Positions 24,544-36,982 of a DNA stretch of 64,000 nt are shown here, in pieces. Origin of the DNA: Guillardia theta CCMP2712. Taxonomy: Eukaryota; Protista; Cryptophyta. The position numbers were made by a program, and so were the translations under genes. Within the stretch, counting starts at the first letter, position 1. Every line of letters starts with the position of its first letter. The stretch spans positions 377,537 to 441,536 of the forward strand of contig NW_005434607.1 of NCBI RefSeq assembly GCF_000315625.1, given 5' to 3'. Below the pieces are notes generated by a model. That model searched no databases. It had not been told where the DNA came from and worked only from the letters and a program-made list of their open reading frames with translations.

Positions 24544-27500
24544 TCATTTCTCCTTCAACCCAGCTGCAGCAAGTTGTCCTCGGAGGTACTGAACCAGCTC
24601 CTCCCTCTCCTCCCTCTCTGCGACAGCCAGGCATGTCTTGCCCTCCTTGTCGACGGCACGGATGACATCTACCCCTCCTGCTTGGACCACCAGTTTCATC
24701 CCCTCTAAACTCCCCTTCTCCGCTGCGAAATGTGCGCAAGTCTTCCCCTCCTTGTCCGCTGCCCTCGCCGCTTCCTCTCCTCCTGCCTCCAGTACCTCCC
24801 CTAGTGCCTCCGCCTCCCCCCGCCACGCCGCCCAGTGAGCGCAAGTACACCCCCAGTTGTCCGCCGCTACCGCCAGCTCTCTCCCTCCCGCAGCAAGCGC
24901 CAGCCGCAGCATCCCCGTCGCCCCCCTCTCTGCTGCAAGATGGGCGCAGGTCTTTCCTTCCTCGTCTGCCGTCATCACCGCCTCCCTCCCCCCTGTCTCG
25001 ATCAGCAGCTTCATCGACTCCTCGTCCCGCCGCTCCGCAGCAAAGTGCGCGCAAGTCTTGCCCTCCTTGTCTGTCGCCGTCACGACCTCCTTCCCTCCTA
25101 CCTCGATCAGCCTCCTCAGCGTCTCTACGCTCCCCTTCTGCGTCGCCCAGTGCGCGCAGGTCTTCCCCTTGTGGTCGGCCGCTGTCGCCAGCGCCTTCCC
25201 GCCTGCAGCCAGCAGCAGGTCGAAGGTGCCGAACTCTCCCCGGTCGCTGGCCCAGTGGGCGCAGGTCTTGCCGTCGCAGTCAGGGGCGAGGAGGACCTGA
25301 GGGCCGGCGAGGTCGACGATCTTCGAGAGGATCTGGGTGTTGCCATGCCAGGCAGCCCAGTGGGCGCAGGTTTTGACCCTCTTTGTCAGCCCTTCTCNNN
25401 NNNNNNNNNNNNNNNNNNNNNNNNNNNNNNNNNNNNNNNNNNNNNNNNNNNNNNNNNNNNNNNNNNNNNNNNNNNNNNNNNNNNNNNNNNNNNNNNNNNN
25501 NNNNNNNNNNNNNNNNNNNNNNNNNNNNNNNNNNNNNNNNNNNNNNNNNNNNNNNNNNNNNNNNNNNNNNNNNNNNNNNNNNNNNNNNNNNNNNNNNNNN
25601 NNNNNNNNNNNNNNNNNNNNNNNNNNNNNNNNNNNNNNNNNNNNNNNNNNNNNNNNNNNNNNNNNNNNNNNNNNNNNNNNNNNNNNNNNNNNNNNNNNNN
25701 NNNNNNNNNNNNNNNNNNNNNNNNNNNNNNNNNNNNNNNNNNNNNNNNNNNNNNNNNNNNNNNNNNNNNNNNNNNNNNNNNNNNNNNNNNNNNNNNNNNN
25801 NNNNNNNNNNNNNNNNNNNNNNNNNNNNNNNNNNNNNNNNNNNNNNNNNNNNNNNNNNNNNNNNNNNNNNNNNNNNNNNNNNNNNNNNNNNNNNNNNNNN
25901 NNNNNNNNNNNNNNNNNNNNNNNNNNNNNNNNNNNNNNNNNNNNNNNNNNNNNNNNNNNNNNNNNNNNNNNNNNNNNNNNNNNNNNNNNNNNNNNNNNNN
26001 NNNNNNNNNNNNNNNNNNNNNNNNNNNNNNNNNNNNNNNNNNNNNNNNNNNNNNNNNNNNNNNNNNNNNGAGAGGATCTGGGTGTTGCCATGCCAGGCAG
26101 CCCAGTGGGCGCAGGTTTGACCCTCCTTGTCAGCCCTTCTCAGGTCTTCCACAATCGAGCTCCCCGAGCTCGAGAGCAACAGATCGAAAACTTCCTTATG
26201 GTTCTTACGACACGCGAAGTAGCAGCAAGTCTTCCCCTCCTTGTCCGCTGCCCTCGCCGCTTCCTCTCCTCCTGCCTCCAGTACCTCCCCTAGTGCCTCC
26301 GCCTCCCCCCGCCACGCCGCCCAGTGAGCGCAAGTACACCCCCAGTTGTCCGCCGCTACCGCCAGCTCTCTCCCTCCCGCAGCAAGCGCCAGCCGCAGCA
26401 TCCCCGTCGCCCCCCTCTCTGCTGCAAGATGGGCGCAGGTCTTTCCTTCCTCGTCTGCCGTCATCACCGCCTCCCGCCCCCCTGTCTCGATCAGCAGCTT
26501 CATCGACTCCTCGTCCTCCATCCACACGCTCCAGTAGGCGCAAGTCTTGCCCTCCTTGTCTGTCGCCGTCGCTACCTCCTTCCCTCCTACCTCGATCAGC
26601 CTCCTCAGCGTCTCTACGCTCCCCTTCTGCGTCGCCCAGTGCGCGCAGGTCTTCCCCTTGTGGTCGGCCGCTGTCGCCAGCGCCTTCCCGCCTGCAGCCA
26701 GCAGCAGGTCGAAGGTGCCGAACTCTCCCCGGTCGCTGGCCCAGTGAGCGCAGGTCTTGCCGTCGCAGTCAGGGGCGAGGAGGACCTGAGGGCCGGCGAG
26801 GTCGACGATCTTCGAGAGGATCGGGACGTCACCGCGATAGGCAGCCCAGTGGGCGCAGGTCCGGCCGTCAGCGTCCGCCGCCTCCACAACCTCCCTGCCT
26901 CCCACCTCGATGAGCATGTCCAGCGCCTTCACTTCTCCCCATTCAGCTGCGATCAGAGCGCATGTCAAGCCCTTCCTGTCCGCTGCTATCGCCAGCTCCC
27001 TCCCGCCACTCTCCAGCAGCAGCTCGAGGGTGTCAAATTTCTCGCACACTACAGCATGGTGAGCTGGGGTTCTGCTGAACTGATCCACATCATGAACGAT
27101 CGCATCCCCTCCAACGTCCAGCAGCATTCGAAGAGCCTCCAGGTCTCCTCTGCCCGCGGCGATATGCGCGCATGTCAAACCCTCACAGTCCGCTGCTCGA
27201 GCGGCTCCCATGCCCCCGTGGCTCAGGAGGGTTTTCAGCACGTCGAGTCTTCCAGTCCTCGCGGCCCAGTGAGCGCACGTCCTCCCCTCCCGGTCAGCCG
27301 ATGAGGCAAGACAGGCTCCTCCTACCCTCAGCACGAGCTGTAACAGTTCCTCGTCCTGCAGATCGGCGGCTGCATAGAAGACGTCAGCGAGGATGCTGCT
27401 CTGAGAGGCCTCAGCGGCGAGATCCAACGCTGTCTTCCCGTCCTCTCGCTGCGCCACCACCGCGTCCCGCAAGCTCCTCCCCTCGACGAGGAGGTGAAAG

Positions 27501-29906
27501 ACTTCGACGTGGCCCCTGCTGCATGCGAGGTGGACGGCAGTCGCTCCTGCTGCATCCTTGAGGTCAACGTTGGCCTTGTGCAGCAGCAGGAGCTTCACGC
27601 ACTTGTCGTATCCCATCAAGGAAGCAGACTGCAAGGCTGTCTTCCCGTCCTTGTCAACCGCATCCACCTCCTTCCCAGCTGCCAGCAGCCTCTCCATCCC
27701 CTGGATGTCTCCACTTGCCGCCGCCGACGCCAACGGCGATTCTCTCGTCTCCATGACGTCACCAATGGCCTCGAGCATGCGCGAGCGCTCGAAGATCTGG
27801 TCGGACAACCTCGCCTTCTCCTCTCCTGCCGTCTCGCTGCTGCCTGCCCGCGAGTTAAGGAGAGCGATAATGTGTCTCCCTACGACGACGAGGGAGTCCT
27901 GGTTGTACCAGTCCCTCTCCCTCACGCAGTGATCGAACTTGTCAGCGCACATGGCAGCGAGGTAGACAGCAAGCTGCATGGCGCTTGCGTAGTTCTTCTC
28001 GTTGTTGAACCAAACATCATCTCTGCTCAGGTAGATCTCCACGACTCTCTCGCAGTCTGCCTGAGTCTGCAGCCGAAGGGAGTCCACCTGCCCGACTTGG
28101 AGCGAGGAGTCTTGGCTGAGAACCTCCTGCATCTTCACCTGCAACATCCTCCTCACGTCCTCCTCAACATTCCTCATCACAGCGACGTAGAGGTTCTTCC
28201 GTCGGGAGATCATGTCTTCGATGGTTGAGCACGACGAGTTCGTGCTGATCTTGGTCGGCACTACCCGAACGAGGAGCTGGACTACCTTCCCTTCCTCCAA
28301 CGCATACTTGACCAGCTCCACCCGCGGCTTCCCCACGACCTCAAGGTACGAGAGGGGAGGATACAAGATCTCGTCCTCTCCTGGGTACTGTGAGAGAAAC
28401 CGCAGGGAAGCCCCACGATCGACTGCTCCGCAGGAGATTTCGAAGAGCGTCGGAGCTTGTCCCTTCANNNNNNNNNNNNNNNNNNNNNNNNNNNNNNNNN
28501 NNNNNNNNNNNNNNNNNNNNNNNNNNNNNNNNNNNNNNNNNNNNNNNNNNNNNNNNNNNNNNNNNNNCCGCTGACGATACAGAAGAGGGTCGTGGGGTAC
28601 TTGTTGCCTCTCAGCTCCTTCACTGTCTCAGCAGGGAACCCACGTAGGACCGCGTTGTACTTGAGGTACATGGGTCCTGCAAGAAAAACTCTATCACGAT
28701 CTGGGAGATTGCGGCGTAGGGAGGAGGGAAGTGGGAGGAGGGATGGGGGGGGAGGAGAAGTGAGCAAGGGGATGGGTGAGGGGGTGGGGCATGAAGGGAG
28801 AGCCAAGTAGGAGAAGTGGAGGAGGACGATGGGGAAGAGGACGAGGACGAGTACGCGTAGGAGTAAGCATCTTACCAGTATAGAGGATGAGAGCAATTAT
28901 CTCTTCCTTTCTCAGTTTTGCCCTCACCACCGCCTCCTGGCCCATCAGCTGCTCTACACTCCTCACGATCCTCTTCCCCTGGCACGCCTTGACTCGCTCC
29001 TCCTCCTCTGTGACCACCCTCCACTCCTGAGCAGGAGAGGTCTCGAGCAGGTAGTTGGGCGTCCTGAATGTGTCCCTCGAGTCTGCCCTCTCGCAGTGCT
29101 CCTGCTGCATCCCATCGTAGAAGTTGAGCATGGGATACCCTATCCTCTCCAGCAGCCCCTTGTGGAACTCCTCCAGTTTCCCGAACTCTGCGACACAGAA
29201 CTTGTCGTTGATCGGCTCGCTGGCGCCCTCAAGGAGGCGGGAGGCTTCCTCCTCGGCCTGCAGGAGGTTCTTCAAGCTCAAGAAGCTCTCCGCCAGCCTC
29301 GACGCCACGACACCCTGGCACCACATCGCCACGTCCTCCAAGGATGAGCTCTGCAGGAACTGTAAGGGGTTGTCAGGGGATCCTTCGGGGATGCACTCGG
29401 CCAAGGTCCTGATGACGTCAGCTTGCGAGGACTTCGCCAGGAAGCTCTGCTTGCTCAGCACCTCCCACTCCCTACAGATTGATCCACAGAACTCCTCGAA
29501 CGTAGACGACGAACGTCGCCTGTCCACAAACACATCCGAGCTCAGCCCGAGCTGCATCGGGATCTCTCCGCATTCTTCGTGGAAAACTCCGAGGTCGTTG
29601 GCGATCGCGGAAGGGGAAGGAGAGGAGGAGGTCGTATCAAAGAAAGCACGCAAGCGCACAGCTTGCTCAGGGCTCAGCTTCCAAGCACTGCCCCCCTTCA
29701 TCTCGTGCCTCTTGGAGGGGGCTTCTGAACTCGTCACTGAAAACTTCCCATGGCGCCCCTTGTCGAATTCGTCCACCTGGCGGTTTCATGTCAAATCACC
29801 CAAACACTCGAAATTGCTCCACCTTGCTCGCCGTGCTGTTGGGAGCTTTGGTAACATTCGCATCTTGATCTGGAATAATCGATTGGACCGATGATCCACA
29901 GCCCAT
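24544..29906 (-). CDS. N-myristoylated arginine-type ADP-ribosyltransferase with a long ankyrin-repeat array (copy A)
   Basis: Starts MGCGSS (myristoylation/palmitoylation motif); two in-frame GT-AG introns. ART region IIALILYTG-PMYLKYNAVLR...SQYPGEDEILYPP, with part of the catalytic core in the 100-N gap but readable in copy B. More than 25 ankyrin repeats (GKTCAHWAA..G) end at stop 24544. Confidence 0.85.
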
Positions 29907-30912
29907 CGTCTCTCCCCGCCTCCCAGCGCAGTGCCTGTCAAAGAGCAACTCTTGAATGCAGTTTCGTTGCAAACACCCAACAATGACCACAGAAACGAGC
30001 GCGAGAAGCAAAACAAACAAAGGTAGAAGGCGGTTCAAACTCTAAAAGGCGGATCAAAATCATGCCTTCTCATACCCTTCAACTTCCCTAAAGCCTGATC
30101 CAACTCAACTCCTTCTGGTATGCAAATCATGACAACTCCCTGGCAACAACCCAGAAAGTTGCTCGCTCCGTTACAGTCATTGACCTACAACTTAAACTTT
30201 TCTTGTCCTGACCAACCTCCAACATGATATCTCATCCTCTCCGTCCCTCTGCTCTCCTCGCACTTTCCCTCCCTCCTTCCCCCCTCCACTCCCTGCCTGC
30301 TTCCTCCCCTGCTTCCGCCCATTCCCCGACAAACTGCCAATCCAAAAAGATGACTGTGTGTCTGCATGCGTCATGCGTTGCAACGTATGTACGGGTATAT
30401 TGCTTGAAAATAGGGGGTACTTTGAGTGAAACAAGGCAAATATGCCATGGCAACACCGAGCCATCTGGGAAATAACTACTCTGCTATCCCACCCCCATCA
30501 AATCACCTCTACCCCTAGTAAAGCAATCATTTCAAGGGGTGAAAGACATGTACAACACATAGAGGATAGGGGGTGGGGTACAGGCGGGCAAGGGGTGGTG
30601 CATAGCCCCATAGCGCCATAACGGGAGCCTGACGATGCACGGGGGAGGAACTCCCAATAAAAGGGTCTAGTACCGGTATTTTTGTATGATATTTTGGGGG
30701 TACCTTTTCAGGAGGGGTGGGTGAGTTTGCAGGAAATCGCAATGGCAGCAAGGCGGCGACCAGGTTTAAGGATGATTAATTCAGCCTGTGCAATGATGAC
30801 AATCGTGAAACCACCATAGCCTATCAGGAAATTGTAAAATCTATATCATGGTATCAATCATTTGAATTGCATCGTAGCAGTGTTTAATATTTTCCACAAT
30901 ACGTACTTTTTT

Positions 30913-32541
30913 CTACTTGCAGCCAGCAATGCTACGCAATCCCCGGAACCGTTGCATATTACCTGTTAATCCTTCATCCCATTGCCCTGATTTTGCATAT
31001 ACTCGCTTTCGATTGTTCTTCTGCGTACTATTGTGTGGCTCCACGTCATTATCAGATCCATCCCGTGCATTGAAAGCTTCACGGTCGTGCGGTTTGCTCA
31101 GGACAATTCGCTTCTTCGAATGCTCGTATACAAAAGGCAGGTTTGGATCCACCTTTTTAGATAATTCTATGCATGCCTGATTGAATTTTCTCAGAAAATC
31201 CTTCTTGTTCAGATGGCCGATCAAGGACCACAGATTCTCTACACTATCCGTCCAGAGAGTTCGTGAATTGAAGTCATAGTCTCTATCACCCAGCGCATGA
31301 TTCTTATCCCTCACATACTGTTGTACTTGCAGATGAGTATCAATTGCAACTATGAAGCCTTCAAATGTTACAGATGATAGTCCCTTGACATGTTTTTGGC
31401 TGACACTGGTCCAGTCGATGCCTTCCAATAGCCATCTTCGACCCTCTTGAACGAGACGTATCCTCTCTGAAACTTTCAGCCCTCTTTCATCGAATGCTTT
31501 GTGCAGGCCAGACATAGCCTCTGCCATTCTTGCTGTCGCTTCATGTCCTTCTGCCTTTAGTAGACTGATGGCCTTGTCACTGAACATCTTCAGCATGATA
31601 TCCACCGATTGTGGATCGGCGGTCCCGTCGACTTCCATCTGAGTCATCCAAGCAGGATTCTTCTTGGCGATATCACTGTAAGCTTTATGCCATATCTGGG
31701 CTTCCGTAGAAGACGATTGAGACTTCCCTGATCCAATGGAATGCCTGACATTCTTCAACAAGTGATTGATGCACGGCGAGAAAAACAACAACTTGTTCGT
31801 AATTGGAGAGAGGACGGGATTGGATAACCATTCGTCGAATTTAAAGCGGATCTTGTGTTCATCAAAGTCATTTAGTCCATCAGCTATTCTTCGCTCCATC
31901 TCCCAAGGAGTGAATGTTTCCCCCCCCTCTTCATTGTGCTTGGCCAATGAAAGAACTTCTTCATATCCGTACCGTCTGCAAAATATTTGAAACCTGCAAA
32001 ACATCTCTTTCAGGGTCGCTCTGGGCCTCTTCCTCGTGTGGCATCGTAGCGTCTTCTCCTTCTGAACTTGCCATATGGCCTGGTTCTGTCGTAACTGCAA
32101 AACAAACTGTTTAATTTCTCTCATCTCAGCAACATCCATGTGTACAATTCCTTGCTGAGGTGTGATGGGCAATGACGACAAATCATCACCATCGTACTCA
32201 TCTGGATGGTCCAATGTGCACTCACTCTCAATGTCGTGCTCTGAAATTGGAGGTTCGAACTTGAATATCCCCGAAATGTATGCTGAAATAGATGTACATA
32301 AATGTCTATATTCCATACTGGTTGCAGTCTTGTTAATGGCTTTCACTTCCTGAATGAATGTACTTGGCTTGTCTTGGTAGAAATAACGATATATACAGGC
32401 GAACTCCCCATCGAAAGACCACACATTGAAGTTCACGCCTCTCTTCCAAGCTTCATTGGTGACAGCTAAAAAAATATCCTTTCCATCTTTGGAACACAAA
32501 CTTTTATGGGCAAAGCCGATGTAAACAGGCGCAGGAGGCAT
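30913..32541 (-). mobile_element. P-element/THAP9-like DDE transposase, N-terminally truncated
   Basis: Motifs WSFDGE, CINHLLKNVR, DPQSVDIMLKMFS and NSRTLWTDSVENLWS match the P-superfamily D...HxxKxxR...QxV...DxxE pattern. Intronless; no TIR recognised. Confidence 0.7.
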
Positions 32542-32748
32542 ATGCTTTTGTCCACGATGCTGATAGAAATGTCCATCCGAGAAGCAGACTACTGATCGGA
32601 GCTATACTCTCACCTCAGACAATGCCAAGCAGTTGATGTGTGCTGGAAGGTATTCATGGAGAGGACAGTAACCGCTTGTAGCCGCTAGAGCTACTACACG
32701 TGTGCGGCCGCTACTACAAGCTCTCCACTCTATCAGCCTACATCAACG

Positions 32749-34930
32749 TCACAGATTCCAGTCCCTCATCCTCTGTGGTGTCGCCTCATCGCCTCCCTCC
32801 AGTTGCTCTTCACTCTGAGACCGTGCCTTGTCTACGAGCTGGATGCTGATCTCCGCTCCCTTTAGCCATGCCACGTCTTTCTTGGACAAGAACATCGCGT
32901 GCTGAGTAACGTTTTCCATCTGCTGCTTCTCCATCTCACTTGCTGTCTTGTCGTTGGTGAAAACCTGAGCTCCTCTCCAACGTGCTTTCCCCTCAAGCTC
33001 TGAGGGTAGAACAAACACAAGGCACACCCTCTCAAACTTGTTCTTGGCTCGTAGAGCTGTCAACATCCTACACAGTGGTCCAAGCTTGATCGGGTGTTTT
33101 CCTGCTATCGTCATCTGGAACATGTAGAGGACCTCCTGATCTGACAATAAAAGCGCATCTACGCAAGGGAAGTTCGATGCCTTGGGGTGGCTTGCAATAT
33201 GTGTTCTCCATGATCTTCCACTCGTTGAGTCCTGTTGTAGAGAACTCAAAGTATGCCTGCGACTTCTTCATACGCAAATCTATCTCTTCCCTTGCCCCTT
33301 CATCATCCTCACCCGACCCTAGACTGCGCAATCTGTATCTCCCTCCTTTCTTCAGCACCTCATGTGCCAAGCATTCAAAAACTAGAGCTGCCGCCCCATA
33401 TCACCCAGAATCAGAGCCTGAGAAGGCAAGGTCTACAAGCCTATCCCTGTCTGTTTTGACAAGTCGGGCAAAGATCTTCTCCGCGGCTTTCTGCGAGCAT
33501 GCTCGAGCGCTGATAGTCTTGTAGTCTGAGCTTGGGACCAGGTGAATCAGTCTCGATGGCATTCCCAGGTCTTCGTTCACTGCTGCTTGCATCTTTTCCT
33601 GTAGCGACGACAGTGAGGTTATCGTCTGTATCGCCTGCTCAAGTGTCCCTACAGGCCTCAATATGACATTCCTCGGTACGTTCCCCCAATCCTCGACGAT
33701 ATTCCTTGCTTCTTCTTCGTTCACGCGACCCCCTTGCATCTTGATGAAGATTGACATCTCCTCATCAGTCCATGTTGGCAGAAAGTATCGCCCCGCCCCA
33801 TTGTTCAGAATGTCCTTGAACCCTCCAAGCTTGGGTGAAGACAGTATGATTGTCTTCGCCAAACTTGCTATCACGTAGCTCCCCAGGCCTTTGTACAGGT
33901 CACAGATGTACCACCCCCGGAAATTGATGAGAAAGTTTACAACGACGGTCACATCTCCAAACTTACTCCATTCTGCCCCATCAAAGTACCAGTAATTGGT
34001 TCCTACCTGATAGACTACTTCCTCATCAGAGCCGAGAAGCTGAAGAAGAAAGAAGTAGGCAAAGCATGACTTCCCTATCCCTGGACTCCCTGTGAGGATG
34101 ACCTGCCCATTCTTCGGCGTCTCCGTGTCCAAGCGGAAGTACTCTGCAATCACCTGCTTCATCTCCAAGTAGCAATCTCGAAGGAACAGCTGATTTCCGA
34201 AAACCTCATTCCCTCCCAAGAAGGTCGAGAAGCTCACAATCTCTTGAGCTGAGTAAGTCTTGCCCGCCCTCGCAACCTGGCAAAGCTCGTTCAAGAAGGA
34301 CAGGAACATGTCGCCTATCAGCCCCGTCAGCGCCTTCAGTCGTCAAACTTGTGCACTGCTAGCATTACCTTGAGGTTTTGACAGGAAGTCTTCAGGCTTC
34401 TTTGAACCTTGAGTCTTCTTCTTCTCGATCAGGAGTAGATCGCGAAGCTGCTCCTCTTTCTTTAGAAGTCGATCCTTTTCCTTGCGGAGCTGCTCCTCTT
34501 TCGTTCGGAGCTGCTCCTCTTTCTTGCGCCAGTATTGCCGCTCGTCCTTGTCAGTGTCTGGATCGAGTGCACGTTTCTCTGCCTCTCTGATCTGTCGGCT
34601 GACCTGATCTATCTCCTCCTCCACCCTAGCAATCTGCGCGCCTAAAGAGATCATCTCCTCACGATAGTCTCCTTCTTGCTGCATCATGGACATCTTCATC
34701 CTCCCGGGCACTCCCTTTCTCCTACGCTCTGCACACTCCAGCGCGTTGAGACTAGAAGCGCGACGTATGCATGTACCGGCTTCATTGCCTTTGCGCATGC
34801 GCATGTAGCTCGTGACAGCAGTCCTCCTCGGCCGGATGCATACATCGAGTGCGCAGGGGCAGAAGGCATGGATGGCAGGAAGGAGCATAAGGGCGGTGAG
34901 AGGCAGAGAGGGGCCACCGGTTCCTACCAT
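32749..34930 (-). pseudogene. Crinkler/RHS-type protein, copy 1: presequence + coiled-coil header + P-loop NTPase + PD-(D/E)xK nuclease; disrupted
   Basis: LFLRDCY, Walker A LTGSPGIGKS, YICD, ILSSP, LPTWTDEEM, GNVPR; then VFECLAH and NFPCVDAL...FQMTIAGKHPIK. 54-nt intron (gtaatg...ctgacggggctgatag). In-frame TGA at 33401-33403 and a 4-nt insertion near 33187 relative to copy 2. Confidence 0.8.
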
Positions 34931-35089
34931 GGCGGGAGGTGCGCGATTGGGTAAGAGGAGTGTAGTACCCACCCTTACCTCTACGAAAGTCTGATTGTGT
35001 ACCCCTATTACCCCGTAGTTTCGGTAGCCCCACCACCCCCTCGAGTCCTCCGAAGCTCCAGAAGGCTGAGTAGTTGAGTAATCCCTAGC

Positions 35090-35860
35090 TACCGGGAAAG
35101 GGCGACATAGACGTGTGGGTTTCCAGGTGAAGTCGACTGCCTGCGACAGTCAGCGATCGGACTGCCCGTGAGACTTGTTGATGGTGAACGCCAAGGACAG
35201 AAGAAAGGGGACTGAATTGGATCTGTGGCAACATGTCATGATAGTTGCCTCCGCCATGTTGCGATAGCTGAAGCCGGGTTCCATTACACAATTTGGGAGG
35301 TGACTAGCAGGATGGGAGCAGCGACCTTGAGCGAGAGCTCATGAGGAGGGAAACCACCCGGGCTGAGAGAGTCGGAGAAATTCCACAATGGGGAACTGGA
35401 CTACTTCTTCCTGATCCATGACCGTGTATCAATTGAATGATACGTTCTAGGCGGAGTGGGAAGTCGTTGAAGGATTGCCGGGCTTACCTTAGGTGCGGCA
35501 TTGTTGATCGGGCACTGAAAGGATTTCTTGCAGTGACAACGATGCCAAGCTCTGCACATTGTGTAGGAGATCAGGGAAGACTTTTTCGACCAGTTCCTGT
35601 TGAGAATTGACCGAAGAACAAACATTTGGAGCAAGATCAATCATGCTGTCAACCCGGGGTCGGGAGTAGATCCTCACCGACCATCAGTAGCCTGATCGCA
35701 AGCTCTTGTGCGTATACTTCCCCACTGAACGCAGCACGCATGTTTCTTCTGAGACTGAGGGGTTGAGCTCTGGTCCACAAAGACGAAGACTTGATTGACG
35801 CCTCAATCTCCGGTTTGACGAAAGTCACCTGCCCAAACAGCTAACACTCGGCCCATGGAG
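35090..35860 (-). mobile_element. Degenerate Helitron PIF1-helicase fragment
   Basis: Scattered motifs across frames: GDFRQT, SIKSSSLW...NMR, LVEKVFPDL, CPINN...RTYHSID, CNGTRL, FTINKSHGQS. Confidence 0.7.
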
Positions 35861-35999
35861 ACATCAAGTTGTTTGTTGAGACTACTGATCGGAGCTATAT
35901 TCTTTCCTCAGCCTATGGCAAGCAGCTGATGTGGCTCGTTGCACAGGTGCTGGAAGGTTCATGGAGAGGACAGCAGCCGCTGTGATAGGGGTTACCCGG

Positions 36000-36205
36000 A
36001 AGAAGAGCGACGGTGTGATGCAGGCCCACGAGGGCAAGACAAGTCTATCCATGCCAGAGTATAAAGCACTCCTCAACATCTTGAAGGAGGTGAGACCTCG
36101 CAGAGGAAGTTGAGAGTCCGGCAGCTCCTTTGATTTTCTCTTGGGCATGCTGTTCTGTCATGTGGAACCAGGTATGCAGAAGCGAGAGTCTAGCCTCGGA
36201 CATTT
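36000..36205 (+). mobile_element. Crypton-like tyrosine recombinase fragment
   Basis: EGKTSLSMPEYKALL followed by WNQVCRSESLASDI resembles the EGK..L...Y..L / WNL.CRS.S motifs of Crypton-type recombinases. Confidence 0.45.
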
Positions 36206-36206
36206 C

Positions 36207-36252
36207 AGATGATGATAATGATGATAATGATGATGACGATGATGATGGTGAA

Positions 36253-36286
<34 letters not shown>

Positions 36287-36366
36287 TTGTTGTTGAAGAT
36301 GATGATGGTGATGATGATGTTGTTGTTGTTGAAGATGATGATGGTGATGATGAGGAGGAGGACGAT

Positions 36367-36398
<32 letters not shown>

Positions 36399-36590
36399 TG
36401 ATGACGATGCAGATGATAATGAAGAAGAAGAAGAAGAAGAAGAAGAAGAAGAAGAAGAAGAAGAAGAAGATGGAAATGACGATGTTGGTAGTAATTAGCC
36501 CGATGATGATGATGATGATGATGACGGAGGTAATCGAGGTAATGAAGGAGAACACGAAGAAGAAGAAGAAGAAGAAGAAGATGGAGATGA
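36207..36590. repeat. Compound (GAT)/(GTT)/(GAC)/(GAA)n microsatellite
   Basis: Direct reading. Confidence 0.9.
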
Positions 36591-36982
36591 TGGCGATGCA
36601 AGTGATGATTGATGTATCTTGGTCATGTTTTCGCGGCGGAGCGCCAAGTTTCGCTCTGCGTCGCTGTTCAATATGGATGGACGGCCTTGTGAGAGTGTGC
36701 ATGTACTGGGCATCATCCATTCTCTCAGTCCACGTTTGTCTCGAGGAGTTGTATCGAATGATCTAGATCATTATGTTGTCCGTCGAACGATGCAATCTCT
36801 GTCCCAACACGAAGCTTCATACAGATACATATATTGGTTACCCGAGCTACAGTGCTCGTCACCGTGACTGCCGCCATGGATCTCACCCATGACCACATGA
36901 GCCGTCCATCCTCTGTAGCCGCTAGAGCTACTACAAGCTCTCCACTCTATCAGCCTACATCAACGTCACAGATTCCAGTCCC

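Noticed and set aside
19129-26913. Very long ORFs spanning N-runs (e.g. 897 aa, 692 aa)
   Set aside because: Artefacts of untranslatable gaps and microsatellite introns.
34310-34345. Stop-codon readthrough between the Crinkler header and the NTPase
   Set aside because: This TGA lies inside a canonical 54-nt GT-AG intron with a ctgac branch site that restores the frame.
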